DNA from: Chrysomallon squamiferum | Taxonomy: Eukaryota > Animalia > Mollusca | NCBI GenBank assembly: GCA_012295275.1 | Contig: CM022677.1 | Location: 6,510,001 to 6,574,000 of the forward strand | Direction of reading: 5' to 3' | Length of the DNA: 64,000 bases | Shown: one piece after another, positions 31,142 through 57,465 of the stretch | Layout: the number at the start of each line of letters is the position of its first letter | Position numbering within the stretch: position 1 is the stretch's first letter | Program-made: the position numbers and the translations under genes | The notes under the pieces: generated by a model | What the model saw: the letters and a program-made list of their open reading frames with translations, nothing else | What the model was told of the DNA's origin: nothing | Databases searched by the model: none

Positions 31142-32055
31142 TATGATTGATTGATTTTTTTTTTTTAAAGATTTATGTTAAACTGCCAACTTGCTCTTTA
31201 CATTATTAAACATATTTAAAATGTTTAAAACATATTAAAGTTTATAATGGGTGGACCCTAAATGCTTTCATATTGTTTAAGCTAAATACATATAAAGCTC
31301 TATGTTAACATTAAAAACAAGTAAAGGTGAATAAAAAGTTAAGAAAAATATGATCAGGTTATTTCATATGTAAACACTGTAAAATATTAATAAAATTATT
31401 TGTTATAATAATATTTAACACACACACACACACACAGATAATTTGTGATCATAATAGCAAAAGAAATTAGTATATTGTACAATCATCAAAATAATATGAC
31501 TAATACTAAGACATCCAAAACTATTTACATCTGTATCTACAGATAATGTACCTAGTTGACATTAATTGCTTCATCACACCTATACGTATTACAAAAATGT
31601 TCAACTCGTACAGTGTAAACCTATGAATGTACAAGGTCTGAACTCTGTCAATTCTGTGTTTGTATAGATTGTGTCTGTGAGTCTATTTTAAACATTTCTA
31701 GTTTGTTTTGTTCTTACAAATAAGATTGGAAGAATTTAAAAAGAAGGATGCAAGCAAGGTAGAAGTGCTTTATTCTTTTGTGATCAAAAATTGTTCTGTT
31801 TCCCTTTGTTTTAAAAAATGTACTAATTGTCAGTTTTAATTAATTTATTTACATTTTGTTTTGTTTTGTTGTACTTCCTTCTTTTTTAATCTTCCTCTTA
31901 TTATTGAGTTTGTTAATTGTGACTAATCCAGTTTTACTTCCAAAATTGCTAAAATGGCATCTTCTTTTGCCAATTTAATTTTCTATTACTTTTATGTTTT
32001 ATTTTTATTATTTTTTTTTTTAATCATTATAATTATTCATTTTCTTTTACATTAG

Positions 32056-41239
<9,184 letters not shown>

Positions 41240-41589
41240 GTAATATGAAGTTATATAGGTTTAATTATCAAAATTAAATAAAAATAAAATAAATGATTTC
41301 TTTATAAATAATTGTTTAAAACTGAAATTATAATAGTAATTTTTATAATTATTTTGATCTCCGACTTTTTACATTATTAAACAATGTTATATGATTAATG
41401 ATTCTGTATTTTATAATATCAGTGTCCATACATTGTACGTGACATTGTATCAAGAAAAAACATTTAGCTAAATTATTTGTTATTTAGAAATCTGGAAATG
41501 TAAACATATCTAAATGCTTCTGTACATTTTGGTTAAAAAAAAAAAAAATTTTTAAAAAGATAAAATTATTTTATTAATTATTTAGAAAT

Positions 41590-41789
41590 NNNNNNNNNNN
41601 NNNNNNNNNNNNNNNNNNNNNNNNNNNNNNNNNNNNNNNNNNNNNNNNNNNNNNNNNNNNNNNNNNNNNNNNNNNNNNNNNNNNNNNNNNNNNNNNNNNN
41701 NNNNNNNNNNNNNNNNNNNNNNNNNNNNNNNNNNNNNNNNNNNNNNNNNNNNNNNNNNNNNNNNNNNNNNNNNNNNNNNNNNNNNNNNN
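41590..41789. other. Assembly gap (200 N)
   Basis: Run of N. Confidence 1.
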
Positions 41790-43021
41790 CAAAGTGTCAT
41801 TCATGCAAGATACAGTCAGACATAGACCAGTAGACAGAATGTTTGGACCAGACAGTCAAGTCTGTGAAAAAGAAATTATTAAAAAAAATGTCTGATGTAG
41901 AAATCCTTGATTTACTGTTTTAAAAAACTACAAATTGTATAGCTCAAGGGAGATAACGTTATTATTATTATTTTTATCTTTTATCTTTTTGTTAATCTAC
42001 TGGTAATGAAAAATTAAGTTAATAAAACATAAAATGGAAGAAGATCTGTTGTTTGGAAGATATTTTCTTAATGATTAATTTGCAGATTACATTATATGTC
42101 AAGTTGTTCAGTAATTCAAAAACATTTCTAACCATAGTTTTGATATCCTTTTATTTTTTTTTAATTTATTAATAGTTTTATTGGATAAATCAGAAATCTT
42201 TTCTCCTTTATGTTTTATAGCTCAGAACTTTAAAACCTTTTCAAACATTTTAAATAATTTTTAATTTGAAAGTTCAGAAACAACTTGTACCATGTTTTTC
42301 TAAATTTTTAATTAAGAATTTTGTTGAGGGTTTTCTCAAATTATCTTTTCAGATGCAAAAGGAGTTTTGATGTTGATCTTTTGTTTTTCTTGTTCAAATT
42401 AATGTTTCAAATTATTTTGTTCTCTGTTTTTCATTACATGTTGTTCTAGCATTTTCATCAGACTTGAGAAACAGTTTTCTAAGAGTGAGGAATATTTTTA
42501 TTTATATAGTTTTGAAATAATAGAAATAATAGATCTAATTGTGGAAGTAGTGATACAGATAATGTTACACTAGTCATAGATGAAATAATAGAAACAAGGT
42601 AACAGATGAATAGTAGCAGTTAGTAAACGAATTAATAGTAGTAATAGTAATAGAAATATAAATAATAGTAATAACAATATCATAAGTAATTGAGAGAGTA
42701 CTTTAATACTGGTTGTTAATTTTTTTTATGTGTACATATTCAGTGAATACTATAAACACTTTGCATAGAGATATATAATGAGGGTGTTTCCTGTTGCAGA
42801 ATATAATGATGAATACATTTCATATTTGTTTTATTTCTATGTCTGCGTGTTACAAATAGATAGATATAGGTATGATTTAACGTGTGTGTGTGTTATAAAT
42901 AATATAATGATGCTTTAGCATTATAATGGAGTTAGGACATTGCAGTAGATGTCAGTCTTATCTGAGGATCAAATCAAAATGAGTTTGAAGAGAGAAAGAG
43001 AGAACTAAACATTACGGTCTA

Positions 43022-43240
43022 AAACATCTTTCAAAATAATCTCAGATTCAACAACTATAAAACGTCTGGGTGAGGATTGGCTAAGTGTAGGTTTACAGTT
43101 AGATTTAAGACTTACTAAGATTTATAAAAATATTTTTGTTTTTGTTTTTGTTTTGAAAACATATCACATTTTCTCAGTCGTATCAAAAGAATTTTAGAAT
43201 GTCCAATACAACAGGAACACATGCATGTGTATATAGAACC
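43022..43240 (+). pseudogene. Decayed death-domain-like coding fragment
   Basis: KHLSK*SQIQQL/fs/KRLGEDWLSVGLQLDLRLTKIY, then after ttttctcag (43177) RIKRILECPIQQEHM. Matches the death-domain pattern LS..QL..LA..LG.DW..LG..LGL....I..IK......Q...M. Confidence 0.55.
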
Positions 43241-44689
43241 TCAGAGGAGGGAGGATAATCGAAAATTTATCAGGTACAGGAAATAACCACAATAATATGG
43301 AGTTAGGTTCAAGCTACCAAAATCTAAAACAAAACGAGCATTTTATGGTAGCAGATATTTAAGGTTGTCTTTATTATAAGGTTAAAATCGAATATGTATG
43401 AAACCGTTTTCAGTATGTGCATTTCTGTATACTAAGCATAGATAATAAAGTAATAATGTTTGTATGTATATACTCTTTATTATTATTATTAAGATTGTGA
43501 AGTCTATATATATCATAAGAAAATATAAAGCAACTCTAAACTAGAAAAAAAGTGTGTGTGTGTGTGTGTGTGTTTGTGTGTTAGTAATTATAATAAGTAA
43601 ATAAACTTTCAGAATTAAAATAATTACTATGGCGAGTTTTGGGTAACAAACAAACAAAGTTTTGAAATGTGTCAGTCTAGGCTGGCTTCTCTTGCTCTTT
43701 CAGTTCGATATTTTCATTGACATCTGCAGTAATAATTTACCGAACCTCGAAAGTTTGGCCTTATTTTGATAAGCGTTTGACAGCGGGTTAGGGTTAGATA
43801 TTTTTCTCACTTCTTGAGAAATTTTGCAATTTTGTGTGATCTTTGTTACGTTTCAGGCGCGCGCGCGCAACTTAAAACGAATAGTTTTATAATTATTCTG
43901 CTCTTAATCGGCTTCAGTTGACTGATTCCGTTTTTTAAATTAGCTTTCCCAATTTTATTTTGTATTATTATAAAATATTTTTCTAAATTAATAAACTTAA
44001 GTTGTTGGTGTGTTATTTATCTAGTGGATGAGTGTGGTATTATATCATAACGACAATTATTATTATGAATTACTTCTTTTGTTTGGATTTTTTTGTTTCT
44101 TGGTGAAACCCACATTCCTCTGTAGTCAGTATAACATTCGATACACAACACTACAGCATTCAATTCAACAAGATTTATATCTGATGTCGAAGTTTTTTTC
44201 TGCGTTAGGCATGCTGAGTTAAGTTCTGGCTGAGTGCGCTTCTGTCGTGTACCGAGAGCCGGAGCTAGACTGTCTGGCGTCCTAGGCAAGGTTAGAGTCG
44301 GTCACCCCCAGGAACATATCATGTTCAAACTTTTAAAACATTTATTTTCAACGTCCTATGCGATCTCTAGAGCAAGATTTTTCTGTGACGCACATTTAAA
44401 TGTCCCACACAGGCCATTTCTTTCCTTGTGTATACCATTAAAATTAGGTGTACCGCTTTCAGTTTGATTCCGCGACAGCGTGAAGAGTTCGAATACTTTT
44501 GATTCTACGAAACAAAATTACATTCTTGAAGTTTCATGTGTCCGCGATTTTCACTCCATTTTTTTTTTTTTTTTTTTTTTTTTGAGTATGTTATTACTAG
44601 TGGTTAATGATATATAACAGAAACCGGATTCCTGTAAGTTTATTATTCAAATTTAAAAATATATAAATAAATAATGCTCTGTCTCTCTC

Positions 44690-47190
<2,501 letters not shown>

Positions 47191-48118
47191 TCTGATTCAA
47201 ACAGAAATATACTTGCTTGGTTATGCTGAAATCACTATAAATTGTTGCAATATAGTAAAATAAAATATATTAAATCATGTCACTGAATAGAATATAACAG
47301 TAGTTTCTTTTACTTAAATATATATGTACATAATTATGTGCCAGTAGATGTTTCTATTATGGATGAATCGATAAAGAAAGGCAGGTAGGTGTATGTGTAA
47401 ATGAATACACACACATTCTGCATGTGTCCATACGTCCATGCAAAAGATTATGTATGTATGTGTTCGTAAGTACTTACATATGCTCATAATTTTATCAGAT
47501 ATTTTAATCAGATATTTTTTCGAGAAGAAATACTAAAAGTGGAAGAAAAAAGAAATATCATTAGATAGAAATTTCAAAAGATTCTATTCAGCCTTAAAGA
47601 AATTTTAATTTTTAATAGTTAAATTACTACTGTGTCTTTTCCTCTTGCTGAATGTACCACTAGCCTACTTGATACTACATGGCACAACTAAGAAATGTAC
47701 TTGTTAAAAACAAAACAAACAACAACACATAGATAGCAAGTACCATTTTGCTTATTTAGTAATAAAACTAAGACGTTTTGTTTAGTGTCGATAAATCAGT
47801 CGTAAAATAACTGAACACGCTAGGACATGATAAGATAGTCAGGCTGGCACTCCCCCTCCAGCGTCGCCCCCCATGATGTCACTTGAGCAATTCAGCGGTC
47901 CACCACTATCAAAAATATAAACGAAAACACTCATTACAAAAATACTGTTGACACACACACACAAACATGTACAGACAGGAAATAGACAAATAATGTTTAT
48001 ATACAAATAATAAATAAAACTAATAAATAAATAAGAAAACAAATAATAAGAAAAATATTGTTACTGCGCAGGTTCCTTCATTTCTTCATCATTAAAAAAA
48101 AAAAAAAAAGGGAACGTG

Positions 48119-48150
<32 letters not shown>

Positions 48151-48341
48151 ATAATAAAAATATTATTACTGTTCATTCAGTTCTGCTATAAAAATAAAAT
48201 TAAAATAATTAAATATATAAATAAATAAATAAATAAATAATTATTACTGTGCAAGTTCCACCATTTCTTCCCTGCTGTGATGATGCAGAGGTGAATGTCA
48301 CGTATTATCACCTGGTACACGTCGTTCATTTTCTGACTCAC

Positions 48342-48390
48342 TCTCTATCAGACCCCACCCTGTCACTGTGCTGTCTTCTCCCACAAAATC
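48342..48390 (-). pseudogene. Trypsin-family (S1) serine protease exon fragment
   Basis: DFVGEDSTVTGWGLIE followed by phase-1 donor gtgagt. G..C.VTGWG is the conserved S1 motif. The 5' part is cut off at the putative MITE. Confidence 0.5.
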
Positions 48391-48772
48391 AGGGGCGTCG
48401 CTAGGGGGCCAGGATACCAGCCTCGATGTTGGGATCGCTGAGGTCAAAGGGGTCAGAAGAAGATTTTACTCTAGAATGATTTTTACTACCATATTCACTG
48501 AAAGTTTTAGGAACGATATATATATACACACACACACACATATACATTTCAGTGTAAATCACTTTGCCCCAAAGATTAATATAATAAGGAAAGATAATTT
48601 TATTCAACTGGTTTTGTGCTAAACTAGGAAGTGTTGTGTACGTACTTCTTCTTTCTCTGTTCTCTGTTATTACACATGTACACACAGGCAGATGGAGAAA
48701 TAATGTTTGTATGCCAATAATAACTAAAATAAAATATATCAGGATGGCACTCCCCTCCAGCGTCTCCCCATG
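48390..48772. mobile_element. Possible MITE with GC-rich degenerate TIRs
   Basis: caggggcgtcgctaggggg at 48390 versus cccctccagcgtctccccatg at about 48752-48772. The right end is duplicated at about 47840-47880. Confidence 0.35.
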
Positions 48773-49381
48773 ATGTCACCCTCTGCATTTCAAAGGTCCA
48801 TCTGACAACAAAAAAAAGACAACAAATAAACAAACAAACAAACAAAAAACAACACGAAAACATTTATGACAAACATAATATTGGAAATAAGAATTGTTAA
48901 CACACACACACACACAAACATTTACACACTGGTAGATAGATAATGTTTATAAATAATATATTAATAATAATTATAAAATAAAAAAAAAATAAAAAATTAA
49001 AAGTTAAAAGAAAAAGGTAATGATAATATTAAAAATATTATTACTGTGCAAGTTCCTCATTTCTGCCTCTAAAAATAAAAACACTCAATTACTGTCTAAA
49101 TATATATATAAACGTTTTTGTACACTAGAACACAACAAAGACACCTTTAAAACTGTTTTGGCACTAGTCCTGAACATTCAGTATAGCAGTAAAGAATAAT
49201 GACATCAGAACAGTAAATGTGTATTATATAAAATAGTTACCGAACCTTCTCACCAGACATTCTGCGAAATAAAAACCCTCTTTAGAAACTTGTTTGATAA
49301 TTTATTCAAACAATAATGTAATAATAATAATAATAATATTAATAATAATAATAATAATGGATAATAATAGTAATAATAATT

Positions 49382-49421
<40 letters not shown>

Positions 49422-50109
49422 TAATTAAAAGAATAATAATAATAATAATGATGATGATGATGATGATGATGATAATAATAATAATAATAATAACAACAAC
49501 AACAACAACAACAATAATAATAAGAAAAAAGAAGAAGAAGAAGAAGAAGAATAGCAATAATAATAATAATAAACGTAATGTTATAATGATGAGCATTTTT
49601 TGTTGTTTATTCTCTAGTGTGCTCCTCTCGTTTGATATAAAGATAAAATTAACTTGATAATATGATATCCAGTAATATGATCACGTTATATTACAAGAGC
49701 GTAACAGTAATTAATTCTATTTATATTCGCCTCTAAAAGATAGTAATTAATTGTTTAAGAAATATGCTGATTTTACTTTCTGCTTTGATTGATAAATAAA
49801 TAAATAAAATTCAAATGTTGAAAACATTGGTAAGTACTGATTGATTATTACTGACACTTTATGTAAAGATTTTTGTTCTCAAAGTTTTATGACTTAAAAT
49901 GTTTAAAACATGGAAGTGGAGTTATTTTACGACACCCAGGCACTGAGTTTCTCCGATTCTGTAGCTTCAGGCATATGAGCGGAGCTACTATTACAGTGTT
50001 GTCTAAAAATATAAATACATTTTGTATGATATTTATTTATTGACTGATTTATTTATTAATTATTATTATTATTGTTGTTGTTGTTGTTGTTGTTGTTGTT
50101 ATTATTATT

Positions 50110-50755
50110 ACTAAATGGACAGTTAATTAAATGACAAGATGCAGACGTGAAATTATTTAGTTTAAATTAACTGTTTGAATATTGGCCATGTCTATATAAA
50201 CAAATACCACATAATTTTATTCTTGTTTAAATTTTACTGTGATCAAGAAATGTGGTTAATTTCTGATTAATAATCAAACATCAAAAACACTTGGCACACG
50301 CACTCAAAGAAGAAGACTGGAATTTTTTCATTCGCAAGTTTGTTCTGAAATGCTGGGTTTTTGCTAGATCACCATGTTCTCTTTTTCCTGCATTGTAAAT
50401 ATCACCAGAAACATGCTGAAACATGTGTTAAATTTTCCGAACAAGATAAAGTCATGATTCAGTTATTTAATGAATACGTTGAAACTGACATGACGTATAT
50501 AAAACAGCTTACTGTGATTGGTTTGATAAGACGCGTGATTCGATTGTTTATGCGTAGTTATGGTGAAGCGCTAGAAAACGTCAAAGCGGAGGAAGTAATC
50601 TTACTTTACCTTGATAGCGTTATTCAGTCAGAGTTACTTTACGTAAACATTTTCATTCTACAGTTATTAGTATTAGTATTAGTATAAGTCATAGTAGCAG
50701 TAGCTTCTTTCACGTACTTTTTAAGGTTTATTATTATTATTTTTCCTGGAGTTAC
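50110..50755 (+). pseudogene. Diverged inverted copy of the TNFR upstream region without the coding exons
   Basis: Reverse-complement similarity to 11815-12520 (e.g. ccagaaacatgctgaaacatgtgttaaattt; agcgttattcagtcag). Similarity stops at the acceptor, which is mutated from ttttcctag to ttttcctgg. Confidence 0.6.
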
Positions 50756-51026
50756 GACTCTTTATAAAAAAAAAAAACGCATTCTGGAATAGATTTTTTA
50801 GGTTTTTTTTCGGAAAGGAAGAACTTGAAAAGAAGAAGAAAGAAAATTAGAGTTACTTTTTGTTGTGCTTTGATTCCTCTGAACCGGGTGGCAGCTGAAA
50901 AACAAGAAAATTGGTAAGATGCTTTTCTTTCTTTCTTTATTGTTATATTTTTATATTCTTTATATCTATAGATATATTTTGTTACATTTTACATTTTTTT
51001 TTTTTTAAATTAAATAAATGGATGCC

Positions 51027-52795
<1,769 letters not shown>

Positions 52796-53518
52796 CATGA
52801 TACAAATTGTCCCTTTCTGGAGTGGGATCCAGGTTGTAACCGAGTTTGTTCATAGCAGAAGGTTATGATTAAAGATCAAATGCTTTTAGCACACAAACAC
52901 AGACACACACTCACACACACACATGCACAGACACACGTCACAACGCCACTAAATATTTAAAATACTGAAGACTGAAAAATCAAGGTACATGTGTAAAGAA
53001 AGTGAATAGTCAAAGTTGTCAGAAACTTTTTTCTTCTTCTTTATATTCATGTTAAAATGCAATAATAAAGTCAAACGTTAATTATGTGAAATTAATATTA
53101 AAATAATAATAATACTAATATTACTACTACTACTACTACTAAATACGTAAATAAATAAATATAAATAAATAAATAAATAAACAGAATTAAAAAAGTTATT
53201 TTACGACAGCCAGGCACTGTGTTTCTCCGATTCTGTAGCTTCAGGCATATGAGCGGAGCTACTATTACAGTGCTGTCTGAAAATGTGTACAAGCACTAGG
53301 GCTTTTAAGATTAAACTTTTAATTAAGTATTTAAAAAAAATGTAATATGTTTTTGTTTACTGACTGAAAATATAGAAACGTATCTAATGATCAAATATCG
53401 AAACAGTTTATAGTGATTTCAGGATCTATCTAATCTATCTATCTGTCTACATACACATACACACATGCACACAAGCAAGGACAACCTGTTTATTGTCATT
53501 ATCAATTTTACTACATCT

Positions 53519-54056
53519 ACTGATACTTTTGCTGTGATCTACGCATCGTGAAACTACGTTTGCATTTGATCTACGATTTAAAGGGCTAGGAGAAAGGATA
53601 AGTGTATTCCTTTAGCAGGAAATGTCAGTTTGTAGCAGGCAGGTAAAGATTATGATACTTTAAGGTAATGATACGTGTATAAGAACATCACTTCCAGGCC
53701 ACTTGTATTATTTACTTTTCTATTGAAGAACTCTTAACATTTTGGCTGAAGTTTTTCACATCATGATCAGCGACGAGACGAAGGCAGTTGAATTTTTACG
53801 AAGACATTGACTTGTAGACTATGAAGAAAATACCATATCACGTCATCGTTGTGGTGGAGAAATGAAGGCAGCTGGAAGTAAAGGGAAAAACGGTGAAATC
53901 CTCCCAGCTCGCGCAACGACCATTGCAATCTTTCTCTGTGAAGTATAAATATATAATAAAAAGCTAAGACTAAAGAAAATAATAATTAAAATAAACGCGT
54001 AGAATGTTCTCGGTGTTGATCGCTAGATGATGTAGATCACACGCCAAAGTAGCACC
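53519..54056 (+). mobile_element. Internally deleted Merlin (IS1016/ISXO2-like) DNA transposon remnant
   Basis: Imperfect terminal inverted repeats (actgatacttttgctgtgatctac / gtagatcacacgccaaagtagcacc). 53745-53915 translates as AEVFHIMISDETKAVEFLRRH*LVDYEENTISRHRCGGEMK, resembling the N-terminus of Merlin transposases (A.EFL..HGLL...C.RCG..M). Confidence 0.65.
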
Positions 54057-54999
54057 AAATACTCTATTAATCATATACATTTAAAATCTAATATAACTGC
54101 AATTACTCTATACTTCTGCTGCTGCTACTACTACTATTTTAACTGCTCCTGCTGCTGTTACTATTAAGAAACACAAAAGAAAAACATTCTGTTACTAATA
54201 TTCAAATTGTTTGACGGTATGTAAAAAATGCTCATTCGTACACTTTATTTATACATCTTACGAAAAGACCTGAAACCGCCAGTTCACTATTCAAGTTTAA
54301 ACAAGATTTAATTTTGGCGGCTAACTGTATTATCTTTCTTCGTCCTTCTACAAACCAGTTGCTGTGTCTATTATAACTATATGTGTGATAGACTGTAACA
54401 GGCATTTTAAAAAATAATGAAGTACACAAACTATGTTAAGGTAGTTGTCACCAGAATTTCATAGACAGGTTCAATAAACATTAGCGCAAATTGTTAGTGA
54501 TCATCAGTGATTTTTACGAAGAAATGGACTTGTGATTTTTATGTTGTGTGCACAATGCTTAGTTAATAAGAGGCACTGTTTGTTTTTGTTTTTTGTTTTT
54601 TGTGGGTTTCTTTTTTATCTTACAGATTATTTCTCTAAGACGATTGTTGTCGTTTTTATGTCGTTGATGTTACTGTTCATACTGTTATTGTTATTATTTC
54701 TTTATTGTTGTTGTTATTACTATTACTGTTATTATTATAATTATTATTATTATTATTATTATTATTGTTATTATTATTATTATTGCTGTATGACGCATTG
54801 TATAAAATGTTCTATTCACAGATCTTTGACCCTCTCACATTAATACGTACAAACATCAAAACTTAGTAACTGATATCACAAAAACGTGACTAGATACTAA
54901 ATTGGATAAAACACTGGGGATCTGTAAACTCGTCTTTTAAATCGCGGTGTTACAAATTATATTTCATCTTTTGTTTTCTATTCACACTCGAGTTAGTTG

Positions 55000-55057
55000 G
55001 AGTTATTTCCCTTAGACTACCTAATGTATGAAATTGAGTAATTATTATTATTATAAC

Positions 55058-55093
<36 letters not shown>

Positions 55094-55104
55094 TATTGTT
55101 ATTG

Positions 55105-55177
<73 letters not shown>

Positions 55178-55485
55178 CTCTATTTGTTCATTTTACATTT
55201 TTTTCATATATATTAAAATTACTTTACCAAAAATTTAATATTTCTTTATTCAGAGCAAAAATAAGATAAAGAATTTAAAATTTTCAGTAAAATATATATA
55301 TTATTTGTATTAGAGAACAGAGATTTGGGTTTCACTATTCTAAGTTTGTATGTTTCATACATGTAAATACTGTTTTTCAGCCGTTTCATAAAGATAATTA
55401 TTAAAATTTCAAAAAGATAATGATTTCTAGAGTTTGATATCTAACACCACTTCTGTTTAAAAGTTTAATTGTGTGTATTTTTGTT

Positions 55486-55544
<59 letters not shown>

Positions 55545-56366
55545 GTGTTTGTTTCGTCGATATATTTGGTTTGTTTATATTTTTATTTTTGATATTATTG
55601 TTAAGGTTGTTATTGTTATTATTATAGTACATAATTATTTTAATTATTTTTGTTATTTTTAATATTGTTGTTTTAGCTGTTGCTTTTGCTGGTGTTTTTT
55701 TTTTTTTTACTTTTCTTTAGGTAAAATCGTTTATTTTATTAGGCGAGAAAGAGAGTGAGAGAGAGAGAGATAAAGAGAGAGAGACAAAAGATGAGAGAAT
55801 GAGTGTGTGATAGACGGACAGAAAAAGAAAGACAGAGAGATAACAGAAATCTAATGAAACAGACTCAGAAAAAGAGTGAACACGAGTAAGAGAGTGTGTG
55901 AATGTAAAATGTAAAATGCGAGATACGTAGCGATATAAACAGGTTATGGCTGTTCGTGCTTTTGAAAAAGGCGGTTTGACATTTTGTCAGTGACACAGAA
56001 AACAGAGGAGCAGAATATGAATTTCCCGGGAACATAATGTACTGTATTTTAGTGACTAAATAATTCCCTATAGATTCTTAATATTTACAAACTCTAATAA
56101 CTAAGATTTTATTAAGTTTATTTATTTCGAACTTAATGAAAACAACTAATTACCGATTGTTATTATTATTACTACTAATTATTGACTGTAATTAACAAAA
56201 GTAAATGTTGCTTAAACAAATTAGATATTATAAAATAGGTATTCAGTTTTATTTATTAACAGATCTTATATTTTTATTATTTAGCAAAACGTTCAAAATA
56301 AAATATTACTAAATGTTTGTAATTGAGTTAAAGCGAAAACCATTCATAGTCTAAGGGGAATAACTC
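55000..56366. mobile_element. Non-autonomous element bounded by 20-bp inverted repeats
   Basis: gagttatttcccttagacta (55000-55019) and tagtctaaggggaataactc (56347-56366) differ by 1 mismatch. The left end truncates the 54230-55000 repeat copy. Related ends occur near 56918 and 60160. Confidence 0.55.
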
Positions 56367-57349
56367 GGGCAACGAAAAATATGTACATGTGTCTCGAATA
56401 TTAAATGAATTTAAATGATATCTAATATTTAATTTATCACGATTACTCGTTTTTATTTCTGAAACCGTTTTATTTCTTTTTCTATAATCGTCTGTTACGT
56501 GAATAATTCTCGTTTTTATATTTTTTATTTAATTATTTTTTTAGTTAGCTTCGCTGAATAATTAAACAGTATCTCCCATACACCATAAAAAATATAATAT
56601 AATTTCTTCTTAATTTCTTTACTTCGGTCTCCATTAACAGTTATCAATGGTGTAACATTTTAAACAATAGTCAGTTTAAATACACATTTTCTTTATCAAT
56701 CTAGATGTTAAAGGTTTTTCGTTGTTGTCTTTCATTTATTTGTTCTGCTATTGAGAAATTATTACTTTCGCTTCAATGTCATAATCATTTAATAGCACTT
56801 AACTGAACAAATTAAATGAAATAGAAACCTAGATTCGAAAATATCTCATTATTATTAAAAAAAAATTATTGTGTTTTCATTTGTTAAAATTTGTTTTGCT
56901 GATATTAAAGGACAATAGAGTTATTTCTCTTAGACTCCCTAGTCCATGAAATTGACTAATAATAATAACAAAATACTGTGTGTGTGCCCTATTTCTTAAT
57001 GTGTGTGTGTGTGTGTGTAAATATATATCAAAATGCATACTATCTCTGTCACGATGTATGTGTGTGTGTGTGTGTGTTTGTGTTAATACATACTATCTCT
57101 GTCACTATGTGTGTGTGTTGTGTGAGAAAGAGAACAGGCCTCTTGTTCGTATCAGAAAGAAGCAGATAGACTGAGATCTGTAGACAGAAACAGAAACAGA
57201 AACAGTTTTAAATAGGTTTAATATTTCATAACACTAAAAATCATTATATTTATATGTATAATTTTAACAAATGTATTGTATTTGAAAATGCTATATTGTG
57301 TTTTGAGAGGGAAATTGAATGTGTATGTAAACATAAAAACAGTGAAACT

Positions 57350-57465
<116 letters not shown>

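Noticed and set aside
43786-43798. gggttagggttag as an interstitial telomere
   Set aside because: Only about two units; compatible with chance.
50361-50687. 108-aa ORF as a gene
   Set aside because: It is the inverted homolog of the TNFR upstream region, and the frame is not kept in the copies at 11.9-12.2 kb and 63.8-64 kb.
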